From: Balanoglossus misakiensis
Taxonomy: Eukaryota; Animalia; Hemichordata
Assembly: GCA_040954595.2 (NCBI GenBank)
Contig: CM082587.2
Coordinates: 5,196,206-5,260,205, forward strand
Direction of reading: 5' to 3'
Length of the DNA stretch: 64,000 bases
In this document: positions 36,362 to 48,218 of the stretch, one piece after another
How the letters are laid out: each line of letters opens with the position of its first letter
Numbering within the stretch: the stretch's first letter is position 1
The notes under the pieces: generated by a model
What the model saw: the letters and a program-made list of their open reading frames with translations, nothing else
What the model was told of the DNA's origin: nothing
The model's database searches: none
Made by a program: the position numbers and the translations under genes

Positions 36362-39300
36362 ATGGCTTGCACTGTGACATTTCAAGTTGATTTACCAGAG
36401 TTCACTTGTGACCATGGAGAGGCTGTGTGCATTGTGGGAGACTGCGAGCAGCTGGGAATGTGGTCCCATGACAAGGTTGTGAAGATGGAAAGACAAGATG
36501 ATAATAGGTATTAAGTGTTATGAACTATTCCGTGCTTGTTGGGCCATCTTAACATTGAAACCGTTACCCTGCCAAATTGGGTGAAACTGTGAAACTGGTC
36601 CATATTCTAACAGCATTTCCTGTTTTGTTTCCATGCCAACAGTTCGGTTTGGACGTTGGACATAGGACTTCCGGAGGGTCGGAAAGTTCAGTACCGGTAT
36701 GCAGTCTGTAGATTCCACGAGCTTCCTGTTGGTGCGAGGTGTGTGACTGTCCTTGTGTGGGAGATCCATCTTAAGCCCAGACAGTTTACGCCAAAAGGTG
36801 AGAAATGTTGCCAAGCCAAAGAAGCTACCTGGCATTGTAAACCACAGCAGGAACAGTCAATGAGCACATAGATGCTGATCAAACAAAGTTATTGACATTT
36901 TCTCATGGGGTGTACTACACTCTGTTTACACATTCTCACACCTTTGAACCTTTCAACAGATATGACAGTAGTTAAGCGTTTGATGCTGACACAATATTAC
37001 GACATTATCTGACTTTCTTCGTTTCAGGATCAAAGTGCATTGAAAACAGCGGCAAGTTTGGATTTGTCAGTAAGTGGAATGTGTCTTTTGTCTTGCATTT
37101 TAGCCTCAGTATGCGCTCATTAATGTAGGGCCGAACACACTTGTTCAGATTGTGTTTTAAATTTATGTATGCGTGTATCTGTACAGATGGCAAGGAACAG
37201 GTGGACAAAGGTTGGCTGACGAAACAGACCGAGGTCAGGCTTTACTTTCACAACGTCGGCGAGTCGGATCTCATCACCGTGTTCGACTCCCACGGGTCTC
37301 TTGACTCCGACAGCAACGACAGCCACAGCGAGGCGCGCTACAGGTTCCGGGTCTCCGCCAAGACCGTGAGAAGCTCGTCGCCGAGGAACAAGCGCAAGAA
37401 GCCGCAGAAGACATCATCAGCGTCGAGCAGCACGGAGTCCACGCCAGCCACGTCCCCAATCAAGAACCATCCGCCGGAATCTCGCCTACCCGCCAGCCTG
37501 ACCGTCGCCGAAGGTTCTCCCAAGAAAACCAACCACAGTGCGTGCCTGCCGGTGTCGGTTCAAGTACTGAATAATTCGGAGTATCAGCCTTTTCATCAGG
37601 GACCCTACGGACATGTTTTCAACGATAACGACTACATGATCTTCTCTGCGCAAACGTTCCAACCTGACTCTCTGGTAAGTGTTAGCCCCCACAAATATTT
37701 TAATTTACAGAACTGATCTATAGGATTGATTGTCCATGTACATGTACTGTATCTCAATTTTTCCAGACGTTTTCCATTGAAGTGTTTGAGGAAGACACAG
37801 AAGAAGGGGATGAGGTGGTTCAGCCAAGACGTCTTGGTGTGGCACACCTTCTACCACGGAAATTCAAGGATTCCAGCGGATATGTGGACGTCCCAATCCA
37901 TGACAGTTCTAACGAGCCTGTGGGAGAACTGATTGGTATGTCTGTACTGTAGTCACACCAGTGGCAAAATGACAGAGAAATTCGCCTATTTCCAGAGAGA
38001 GAGAGTACAGCTTAGAACCAAGGCATTGTTTGCAAACACAAATGCCGATTGAACTTGACACTGAGACTGTACTGTTTGTAGGCAGCCAAGGCCTGTGGCT
38101 GACCTCTGTATGGCTGTAGTGATGGCAAACTTTGTGTTGAGATCGCTTCTGCCAATACAAGAAGATCCCCAGAAATTCATATTCCCACTTTCTTTTTCTC
38201 TGGTGAAAATAGTACAGTACTTGGTGATCAGGCCCCTGGACGCGGATGCGCCGGCCCACGACATGAGCGTGTCCTACGCCAGGCACTGGAAGAGACGTCA
38301 CCGACCGCTGAATATCGGTCACAGGGGAAGTGGAAGGTCCCACACTGACGCTGCAGATTGTGCCACCAGTGACTTTGAGAAGTGAGTGTGCAGATAATTG
38401 GTTCATAATATATTTCAATCACCTGTAAGGGATTACTGCACACAAGTACTTCAAGTACTTTGACGTTTAGACACCGGGAAATTATATCTTGCTTTTTTTC
38501 ATATTCTTCAGTTTGCCTGCCTGGCACTTGGCAGCTGTCAAGGAGAACACCATAGCCTCATTTCAAACAGCAGCTATATATGTAAGTGCATTCTTACATT
38601 CAACATGCCAGCTTAAAGCATTTCCTCTGTCTACCATTACGTATGAGGAATTGTATGTTTACAAATATACAGTCTAATGAGATGACAAAGAAAGACAACC
38701 GTGCCAATTTGCAGCTAGATACATGTACCAGGGTGTCAAAAACACCTGAAATCGTTATCAAGTACACATATACATAGCCGAAGAACAATGTCTCTTTGAA
38801 GGCATCGGACATGCTTGTAGTCAAGTTACGACACAAACAAAGCTGGCTTTCTTGTTTTTTCCCCCTCCAGGGCGTAGACTTTATAGAATTTGATGTTCTG
38901 CTCACAAAGGACCTGATTCCTGTGGTTTACCATGATTTTCACATCTTCCTCAACATGAAAAAGGTAAATGTTTATACCTTGAAATTCCTGTTCCAAGCGA
39001 CTTGCGCCCATTTTCACTGAAGGGGCAAATCAAACTGCAAATCAATCAACATTTTTTTATTACTCTGAAATGGAAGAATTCACATCTCTTGACAGTCTCT
39101 GTACACTGTAGATGGTCAGCATGGCTGTTGAGATTTCACGTTGTGTACACTATCACTGTGCAGTCTTTGATGATTGAACATGAGTAACCTGCCTTGTGTC
39201 TTTTCCAGAAAAGGGCTTCTGAGACCCCAGAGCTGTTTGAAGTGCCTGTCAGTGAGCTAACACTGAAGCAATTACAGTTTCTCAAGGTATGCCCCTATGC

Positions 39301-41547
39301 ATAGTGTATAGTGCTGGAAAGGCAGCAAAAACAGTATGAAGCTGCCTTCATACCAGTATTTCAGTCATACAAAAAATTCAGTGATGGTTTGGTTGGAGGG
39401 GGGATACTTACAATATCTCTATCGATCATCATCAAAAAGGTTAGACGGAAAAGGTAATCTGAATATGGGAAAAGTTGTGAAGCTTTCCGAGTTGGTATGC
39501 AATATGTCTTGTTGTTTTGTTTCCAGTTGAGCCATGCCAGTGAGGCAGTGCAGCACCACATTCAAGGTACCGTCTTTTCATCTGTGTTGAACACATAGAA
39601 CAACATTTCCTCACACTCCTGGGTGTGGGGGATCGGTGGTGTGGGATTGCTCTATGTGACAGGAGTGCTGATTGGATGATAAACATTCTCTTATTAATTC
39701 ACATGATATTTTATCCAATGACATGATGTGTAATACATGGACAGAAACATTTCATGCCAGACAACAGTTACGCAGTTTCTAATGCGAATTTGACAAATTT
39801 GTGGTTGCGTGAGATATTGAATCTCATACCCCCGAGGACATGGGAATAGATTTCTCATACGGGTTGGGGATATTTTGTCTCAAACGAACTACATGCGAGT
39901 TATTTCTCAAGCCCCACTGGCTTCTTCGATACTTGGTTGGACTTTCTTTGTTGAAAATTCTTTTTATTTCTCATTAATTTATTTTTGTCACACAGAGCAT
40001 CAAGACGATGATGAAATAAATTTTGATGTACACCCATTTCCAACGTTGAGGCAGGTGAGAAGTGACATGTAGTACGAGAAAGTTCCAATGAAGCAATGTC
40101 GTTTAGAAAATAGTAGGAAGTCATATTTAACTCGATATGTTGAATTCATTTTTTTTTTTTACACAGGTCTTTGAGAAAGTACCAGAACACATTGGTTTTA
40201 ATGTGGAAATTAAGTATCCTCAAATTTACTCGGTGAGTTGTTTTTAGTTTTGTCTTTCCTTGATTTGATGATTAGATGACAATCATCATCATCATCATCA
40301 TCATTATCTAGTCATATATTGGCTGTTGATTTCATGCTGATCTGTTTTCATGACCAAGAAACATGGAATTATCTCTTGCATGATAAATGAACAGCCAAGA
40401 TAGTTTTTCACCTTTTACTAAACATCTGTTCACATTTTTTCCCTAACTAGACCGGAGTTAAAGAGCAACATGGTTCTCATTTCGAGAGAAACGTCTACGT
40501 GGACGCCATCTTGAAAGTTATACAAGAAAGTGCTGGAGCCAGACGTGTGGTCTTCTCATCATTTTGTCCGGATGTTTGTGCCATGTAAGTGTCTTTGAAA
40601 TTCAAATCGACCCTTCCCACTGAAAATTAACAGATGCAAATGACTCTCAGAAACCAAAATATAAACCTTGTATTGATCTTTCTTCCCTTGCAGGTTGAGA
40701 ATGAAACAGAACAGGTATCCCGTGATGTTTTTGAACTATGGGGAGACTAAACGATACGACAGTTTCATGGATCAAAGATGTAGGTGTTTTTCCACCGCCA
40801 CTCACTGGGCATTGTCTCAGAGATTGTTGGTGAGTAGCTTTAGGGTTATAGCCCTGCTGAAGCTGTGCCCAATCTTCACATTTTGCATTGTTATAAAACT
40901 CTTTTAAAAAAATTAAAAGATATGATTTTAGGTCATTCTAACACAGATGTTTTGCTTTGAGATTGTCAGCCTTTCTGTGAAATCTTGTGAAAAAGCTCTC
41001 TATGAAATGTTGAGTCAACCTTTCTGTTGTGAAAAATAATATCTCTTTGAACTATAGGGCATGAGCACCCACACGGAAGACTTTCTGAAGGAGAGAGACT
41101 TGGTGTCAACGGTCAAGAACGCTGGCCTGATCGTCTTCTGCTGGGGCGACGACAACAATAACGAACAGGTCATCAATGACTTGAAGGAGCTGGAGGTGGA
41201 CGCTGTGATCTACGATAGGTGAGTGACGTGTGCGATTCCCTCATTGAACTGTTGTTGGTCTGGTTGACTAATTTACATAAATGCAAATGTTTATTGATCC
41301 CTGTCACTCAAAGTACCGGTATACTAGTTTGTGAATTCCTTTTGTGAATCGAGTGAATGAAGATGAGGATGATGCCCCATTCCGAACAGTCATGTGTCTG
41401 AATGTTCCCTACTACCATTTCAGGATCAAAGATCTGGAGCAGTCCAAGGAGAACATATTTCTGGTGGAAGCCAGGGGTAACGATCAGCTGATGAGAACCA
41501 TATCCAGCCTGAGTGAGCTGGAGGTCGCCGGGGCCGGCAGTTCCTAA
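36362..41547 (+). CDS. GPCPD1: Glycerophosphocholine phosphodiesterase (CBM20 + GDPD domains; GDE5)
   Basis: Exons 36362-36507 (CBM20: IVGDCEQLGMW), 36643-36797, 37028-37069, 37187-37674 (DKGWLTKQTEVRL), 37767-37935, 38213-38381 (IGHRGSG), 38512-38581 (KENTIASF), 38871-38963 (GVDFIEFDVLLTKDLIPVVYHD), 39209-39286, 39527-39566, 39996-40054 (PFPTL), 40167-40232 (GFNVEIKYP), 40451-40584 (VFSSF), 40694-40829 (MKQNRYPV), 41058-41218 (FCWGDDNN...IYDR), 41424-41547. Confidence 0.93.
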
Positions 41548-42660
41548 GTGAGGCTGAACCGCTTTAAAGGGAAGCTGTGAAACTCGTGCACAGATTTCTT
41601 TTACAATCTGACAAATTGGGGTGATTTGGTTCCTATAAAATTATGGATGGTACACTTACGTGATAACTGATAAATTGTTAATAAGTTTTTCTACAAACAC
41701 ACATACTGAGCAATTTCTACGCTGCAACTCAGGAAACCGAGCTTTCTCATTAAGATCACATTTATTTCACCAATATATATTGTTTTGTTTTGGATCTTAT
41801 TAGAGCAATTAAGGGGGAAAAGCCATCTTTACTTCAATTTATTATTGAGAAAACCTTCGCTGGACTTCCAACACGTTTTGCTGTTCTCAAATGAGTGAAT
41901 GTTTTTCCTTCCTTTTCAGGTTAAGTTCCATATCAGGAATAGTTCGACTTTATACATAATAGACGTCCATATCAGTGTACTGAAAAAAAGCTGTTACTGT
42001 CGGTTTTTTGCAATTTTCCCACACATTGATACCTTTGAAATTAGAGTTTCATTCTGACATGTCAAATGTCCCTTTTTAAACTTTGAAATATGACACAGAT
42101 GGACTCAGAAGTGAGTACATCCAGTTTGTTTTTATGAAGCAAACACTTGTTATCCCTACTGATGATTACAGTATTAGGTGTATAAAATGAGAATAAATAA
42201 ATTGGTGGATTCCACGGATGTCAAAATGTAACATCTCTCTCTGCTTGTTTTTATTGCCACTATTTCTGCCGATGCCGGTATTTTTGTGTCTTGTCCGTTA
42301 TTTCTCTGGAATGGTATTTCCAGTACTGACCAGCACAACCATTATTCCGCTGTGCTATGACCACTTAATCCATAATGCCACTATTAAAGCTCCATTGGTT
42401 CGCATGGGTTTCTATGCGACTCTGCACGGGCGTTTTCGTATGTATTCTTCGATATCAAATGACAGGCAAATTCAGCAACGTGGACTTAATACGTGGTGCA
42501 GACAAAGACTGTGCAGATGAAACTCCACGAGGCTGATAAGGCATTATACCTGATACATGTTACGTGTCTGGCGGTTCTAAAGTAAAAACATACTCGGAAA
42601 AACTTTTACTAGATGCCGAAATATTGCTTGCCCGTCATCTGAAAATGACAACGCCGTGGG

Positions 42661-44994
42661 TCACATGGCCAGATCACGTGTTTGATAGTAATGACAGCAA
42701 TTGCGCCCTCTTACGATTCTCTCCCACGCCTGCGCAACGGCTTCCTTCGGTGCGCTTTTCAACACGTGCAGGACTCTCCAACCGGGCTCCTGCGTGTCCA
42801 GGTGGTAGGCGTTTTCTGGGTGGAGGGTGGAGCTGTACATGCCGATGGTGACCGACTGCGCGATGCGACCCGCCACGCAGTAGAAAAGCAAAGATCTCTC
42901 CAGGGCGGAGAGGGGAAACGCGGACAAGTACCCTGCCAGCACGTGCCCGCCAATCTCAACCGGCCGGTCGCTGTGAATCATCGTGTAGGCCATCGCAATC
43001 GCAATTTCAAACACGGGCGATCCGATCATCAGGCACCCGAAGTCTACCAAGCCGCTGACTTCATACTCTGTTGAATCAAGGTTGGCGTTTCCGTTCGTTT
43101 TTCTCGGCAGTATTAGAACGTTAGTGTCGCTGAAGTCACCATGGATAGCACCTGAAAATATGCAAGTAAAAAACGGCGTCGAATGATGAGAGGGAGAGGT
43201 TCGCCTGAACTGCGCTCGTGCGACTTTTCTGCTTTACAACAAACCACTGTGCAGGAAGACATTTCAAACTGAAATATGTTGTATCACATTAATGGCAAAC
43301 CCCTGCAATTTTTTCATGTAATGCTCGAGCAACATTCTACACACCTTTTCTGAGTTTATCATAATTGGGCTCCACGTGCTCTTTAAAATCATCAACCACC
43401 GAACGGATAATTTGCCTCTTCTTTTCTTCTTCAAACACGTAAATTAAATCGCTGAGACTGGGCACATTCCACATGTTCCACAGGAAAGAAGGCCGATGAA
43501 GACCTTCGTGGTTGAAGTCCTACCAATAAATAAATAAATAAATACATGAATAAACACAGGCAAATGATTGAAGGAATGATGAATGATTTAGGCTACTTTG
43601 GAAACAACTTTTGTTCGAATAACGGTCTCACAATCCCGCCGAGTTTATGTATTACAATTAAGCTCACTTTCAAAGCCATGTCCATTCTTCCAAGATATCT
43701 CCCAGCTTCGTAACAAAGGTCAGGGGTCATTTCTGCCTCCTTGTACATCTGCCCTGGGATGTAACGAAGAAGCCGGATCATATGCTCGAATGTTCCTGTG
43801 TAAAAAAATAATGCGTTGCAGAAGCAAAGACTGAAGTATTTGCTGGTGGTGGTGGTGGCCATTGTTTTTGAATTGGATAGTATGTATTCCGATGACACAC
43901 TTAGATCAGATGCCGAAAACTTGAATGCTTTGTTTTGTGAAATGGGGAATGAGCCTAAGCGATAGGAGTATTTTAATTGATAAACCACTTCTTCTTCTTC
44001 TTATCCTTGGTCGACAGACACACACTTTGTTTTAATTTGTGTAGTTTCCAATATGCGTGTGCGCACACCGCTATAGTTCAACTTGCGTAATCTTGGAATG
44101 GGTCAGTGGTTGAATAAACTGATAGATGTTTGGCGTTCAACACTGTCGTTGAGAGATCGTTGTTCTATAGCATTGCGTCACTTTCGCACACAGCAGCCAG
44201 GAATGTTAACTATAGGGTCTGCTAAGATTTGTTGACATTAGGTCGCATGTTCGATTATTGGCCGTGGGGCGAGCTATCTGCTGTATTTTTTAGCGTGACA
44301 GGAGACTAGTCGGTCCGTGGCTAATGACGGCCAAGTGACATCCTAATATCGTAGTCGTCTGTTTTTTTTTAAATGACACATGGCAGATGTCGGATATATG
44401 ATTTATATTTACAAACTCGATCCGTCAACTTGTTAGTTTACACACCGAGGAGAGGAAAGCGAGAGTCACTTTATTTTGTCTATCCGCATTTTTGAAAATA
44501 TTAGCCTCCCCCGTTAATTCTCTCCATACCCTTTTGATTTTCAAGAGTTTCAGAACGAGAGGATTGCGGGTGCGTGAGAAAACTGAATGGTTCCGGGGGG
44601 GGGGGGGTCCATCATTTTTTTTACCTTTTTCGGAAGTAATCTTTACAAGCGTCATATATTTGCCGTTCGGTAGTTTGACGGGTTCGGGACAGTTGAAACT
44701 CCTTTCGCTGAGAAACAGCAACACCTCTGTCTGGGCACCGAGCAGCGTGCCATCGCGAGATTCTTCGGCATTGGTCACTTTCATGACGTATTCCTCCTCC
44801 TCCGACGTGCTGGAGCTGGAGCTTGGACACCGGGAAGACAGTTTAAAGTTCAGATCGTAGTAGCTGTCCAGCTGCTCGACCTTGACGAGGTTGGCGACCC
44901 CACATGCGGCACTGGCGAGCTTTCTCGCGCCGCTTGATCCAAGCAATGGCTTGGTCAGGTTCTTTTCCTTTGCAATACTGTTCACGGTGGACAT
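42661..44994 (-). CDS. HYKK: Hydroxylysine kinase-like protein (aminoglycoside phosphotransferase/choline kinase fold), 4 exons, ~387 aa
   Basis: Exons 44625-44994 (QLDSYYDLNF; YVMKVTNAEES), 43668-43795 (IRLLRYIPG; GRYLGRMDMALK), 43345-43519 (LHRPSFLWNM), 42661-43151 (IHGDFSDTNVL; GLVDFG; VFEIAIAMAY; GHVLAGY; PENAYHL). Total 1164 nt, in frame. Confidence 0.88.
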
Positions 44995-45294
44995 CCCGCA
45001 GTTCAGTTGTGGTTCACTACCAAAGTCACGTGAAAAAAGAGAGCTTTTTTTACCGTCTGTGAAAAGTTCGGATGACTCCACACACGCCCTTAGAGTGGAC
45101 TGCACTGTTTGGATGTGCCAGGGATGGTTTTGTGCACGGTCTTCTTGCTTGCTCCGTGAGTTGGTGCTGTTTGTCTTGGATCAAATCCGGTAAAATGCAA
45201 ATCGATTTCCAACAGGAGCAGATCCTGGCTAGCTAGGGCGTGGCAAATCTACACCAGTACATGGGACTGTCATTGGGCACACATTCTGGTAATG

Positions 45295-45321
45295 CCACAG
45301 ACAAAGAGACTTTGTCTGTGG
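45295..45321. mobile_element. 27-bp hairpin insertion with near-perfect 5-bp flanking duplication
   Basis: CCACAGACAAAG-aga-CTTTGTCTGTGG flanked by TAATG / TTATG. Confidence 0.4.
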
Positions 45322-45589
45322 TTATGCTAAGTGAGCACAGCTTATACTATAATGAAGGCAACAGGCTATATGCTATATGCATAGAAACCTTGTTTCTATA
45401 ATAAGACAGGAGGCGACCATATGACGTTGGTCGATCTATAAATTGTCTTCTATCAATAGACATGTAAACAATTATCAATCCATAACAAGGTCCATACAAA
45501 TATAATATTTAAAGTCTTATTACTTCGCTCACTGATATAGACCATCACGAGAATACGTCGCGGTATCGACCAAACTTCGCGTAATAGTA

Positions 45590-45784
45590 CTGTAAAACGT
45601 TTTTTTCGCAACAGGAAATTTTCGCGATATCAAAAGAGGCAGCTGTTACGCGAGGATTAATTTTCATGTTCTCGTATTTCACTGCATCGTTATCTCCGAA
45701 ACGTGACTTTTTATTTTCACGTTTTTTTGGCTCTAGCGTATTTCACGGGAAATTTATTGCTCGCGAAAATAACCCGTTTTACAG
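45590..45784. mobile_element. Degenerate MITE with CTGTAAAACG...CGTTTTACAG termini
   Basis: 10-bp terminal inverted repeat, TA on the left flank, and internal TTTTCGC/GCGAAAA sub-repeats. Confidence 0.55.
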
Positions 45785-46938
45785 CAAGCCATTTATCATA
45801 CACGCATGACTAAAAATATCACATTCATAGTTTTTGTTTGTAATAGCGATAAAACACAGAAATCCAGTGAATCTTCTTTGGTGTTTTTTTTTAATTTTTA
45901 GTCAAAAAATGGATACAATTTTAGATAAAATAACAGTAAACTATACAAAACTAAAGTCTGTGTTAAAAACTTATTCTACCATAAATGTTTCCTTTGTGAG
46001 TAACTCATCACAAATTCCAGGGATTCCTTAATAATTTATATATTTTTTTTCTATAAACAGATATGCTGAAATACAAGGGGGGAAAAGGTCATTTCAAATG
46101 GTAGATGTAAAATGGCAATTACTGTAGTACAAAAAAATGATTTTGCGAAGTGAAACTAGGCTTCCGTAACCTGAAAGGTTTAATTTTGTAGATAGTGCCA
46201 CTTTTTTTCAACATTCTCAGTCTGAATGAAAGAGGCCTAATATTTTAATACCATGTTCACAGTTGTTTTTAGTCAAGGGTCGGAAATGTGGGACATGGAC
46301 AGAGTACAGTGACTCTGGCCGTTTCCAAGCTCGCTTGTTTCCCCCAGGGAAACCTGGGTAGAATGACCAGGTCACCATGGAAACACCGACCAGTATTCCT
46401 GCCCTTAAATGAAAACACAGGCACCAATAAATAACACAGCATAGAAATAAAAAAAAGCCAATAACAAAAACAAAGGGAGGGAAATCATATGCAAGACTCA
46501 TTATCACAGATCATATTTTTTTTGTATCTTTTTTGTTTTGCAATCACTGCTTTGATAAATAAATGCAATGGAAGGCTTATTTCAAACAAGTCAGAAGAAA
46601 CTGACTTGGGTTACAGAAAATATACAGTATATCTCAAAATGACATGTTTAAATACGTAGGTTACATTCCTAATATAAATACGTTTGCATGACTGGCAAAG
46701 TATGCATAAAACCACTAAAAACACTAACAGTATAAAATGTAAGTACATAACAAAAGGACATGATTAAATCTATGTTAAAGCACCATGACTGTAATAGTTT
46801 GACTTTTTAAGTTTATACCTTCTTAAAAAAGCAACTTGAATTGTTGTAATTTTATACACATTTGTCCCAGAGAGCAAAGAGGAAATATGCTTCACTGACC
46901 AATAAAACTCTGATCTTAATCTACCACTTAGACATCTG

Positions 46939-47048
46939 GACTCTGATTGGGTTATCTGAGTCACATGACTAATTTTTTGCATAATTAGAAACCCTCTAGA
47001 CTCTGATTGGGTTATCCGAATCACATGACTAAATTTTTCGCATAATTA
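46939..47048 (+). repeat. Two tandem ~60-bp-period units (GACTCTGATTGGGTTATC...TCACATGACTAA...GCATAATTA)
   Basis: Direct comparison of 46939-46987 with 46999-47048. Confidence 0.85.
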
Positions 47049-48218
47049 AAAAAACTAGTTCCCGATTTCTTCATTTGACACTGAACAAGATAAGAACCAG
47101 CAACTTTACATAAGATAAATAACATTTCTGATTGGCTGGCTGAATACAACATGATTATATTTTTTTGGACTTGGACAGGTAAATGGCATGAAATACATCA
47201 GCTAGATGATGGCATGACTTGTAGAGAGACTACAGGCAATTAATTACCTGTCGTCTGGCATAGAGAATAAAATTACAAGCTGCATTGACTAACATGATTT
47301 AGTCCCTGTGCTTTTGAAAAGCTAAAAGATGGAAGGACTAACTCATTTTTTTTCCTCCAAAATAAAGCTGTAAACGTCCCTCTTCTTGTAATCAGCCTTC
47401 CTAGTCACATTTCAGCAAGGATAACAAATCGACTACATACCGTGCCATCTCTGGGAAGATATATCTCTCGTGTTTACAACATAGAAAAGTTTTACTTAGA
47501 GCATTCTATACACTAAAAAGAACTGCACAATAGCTGATGATATAACATAAATAGCTAAAAATAGCCATCTTTAAGAAGTCAAAATATGTAAAAAAAAATA
47601 AAATGAACTAAAAGGCTGACGTACAATTATTCAGTTATTCTGAAATGAAAGATGTTCACCAAACCAGCCCTGTGAAGAGGAAAGTTGATTTAAAATACTG
47701 TCGTAAAATGCAGAATCTGCAAAGAGGTTGATTCATTTCAAATTACAGATAATTACAGGTGAACACTCAGATGCCCTGAGATATGTTTCCACAGACACAA
47801 GTTAAATAACACTGAAGGTAAGCAGTCCTTTACACAACTCCAGAGAAAAGACGGGGTGAGGTATCGACGATAGAAATCTGGCTGAACTTAAAAAAATTGT
47901 ATTCTATGATGTTTATATTTCTGTTATCATTATATGCCTCTCTTTTCAACAAGAATAAGCTTTCCAGTTGGTATAAGACTGAGAATCAAAACTTTATTTA
48001 CTAACTTGCGTAGATCAGGTGTGTTACTAAATTATTTTTAGGTGGGTCTTTTTCGACAGATTCTTCACAATGTTGGGGAGGGGTACGGGAGAAAGCGCCC
48101 AAGGAGGGGAAGGTGGTGGTGGTGGTGGTAGAGACATACAAAGGACTGAAACCACACAGTGACTTGTGTTACGTAAACGAGTTGAGAATGAAACCCTAAT
48201 ACAAAAAAAAGAAGAACC

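Noticed and set aside
44995-45105. N-terminal extension of HYKK in the ORF track
   Set aside because: Depends on a GTG start. The first in-frame ATG is at 44994.
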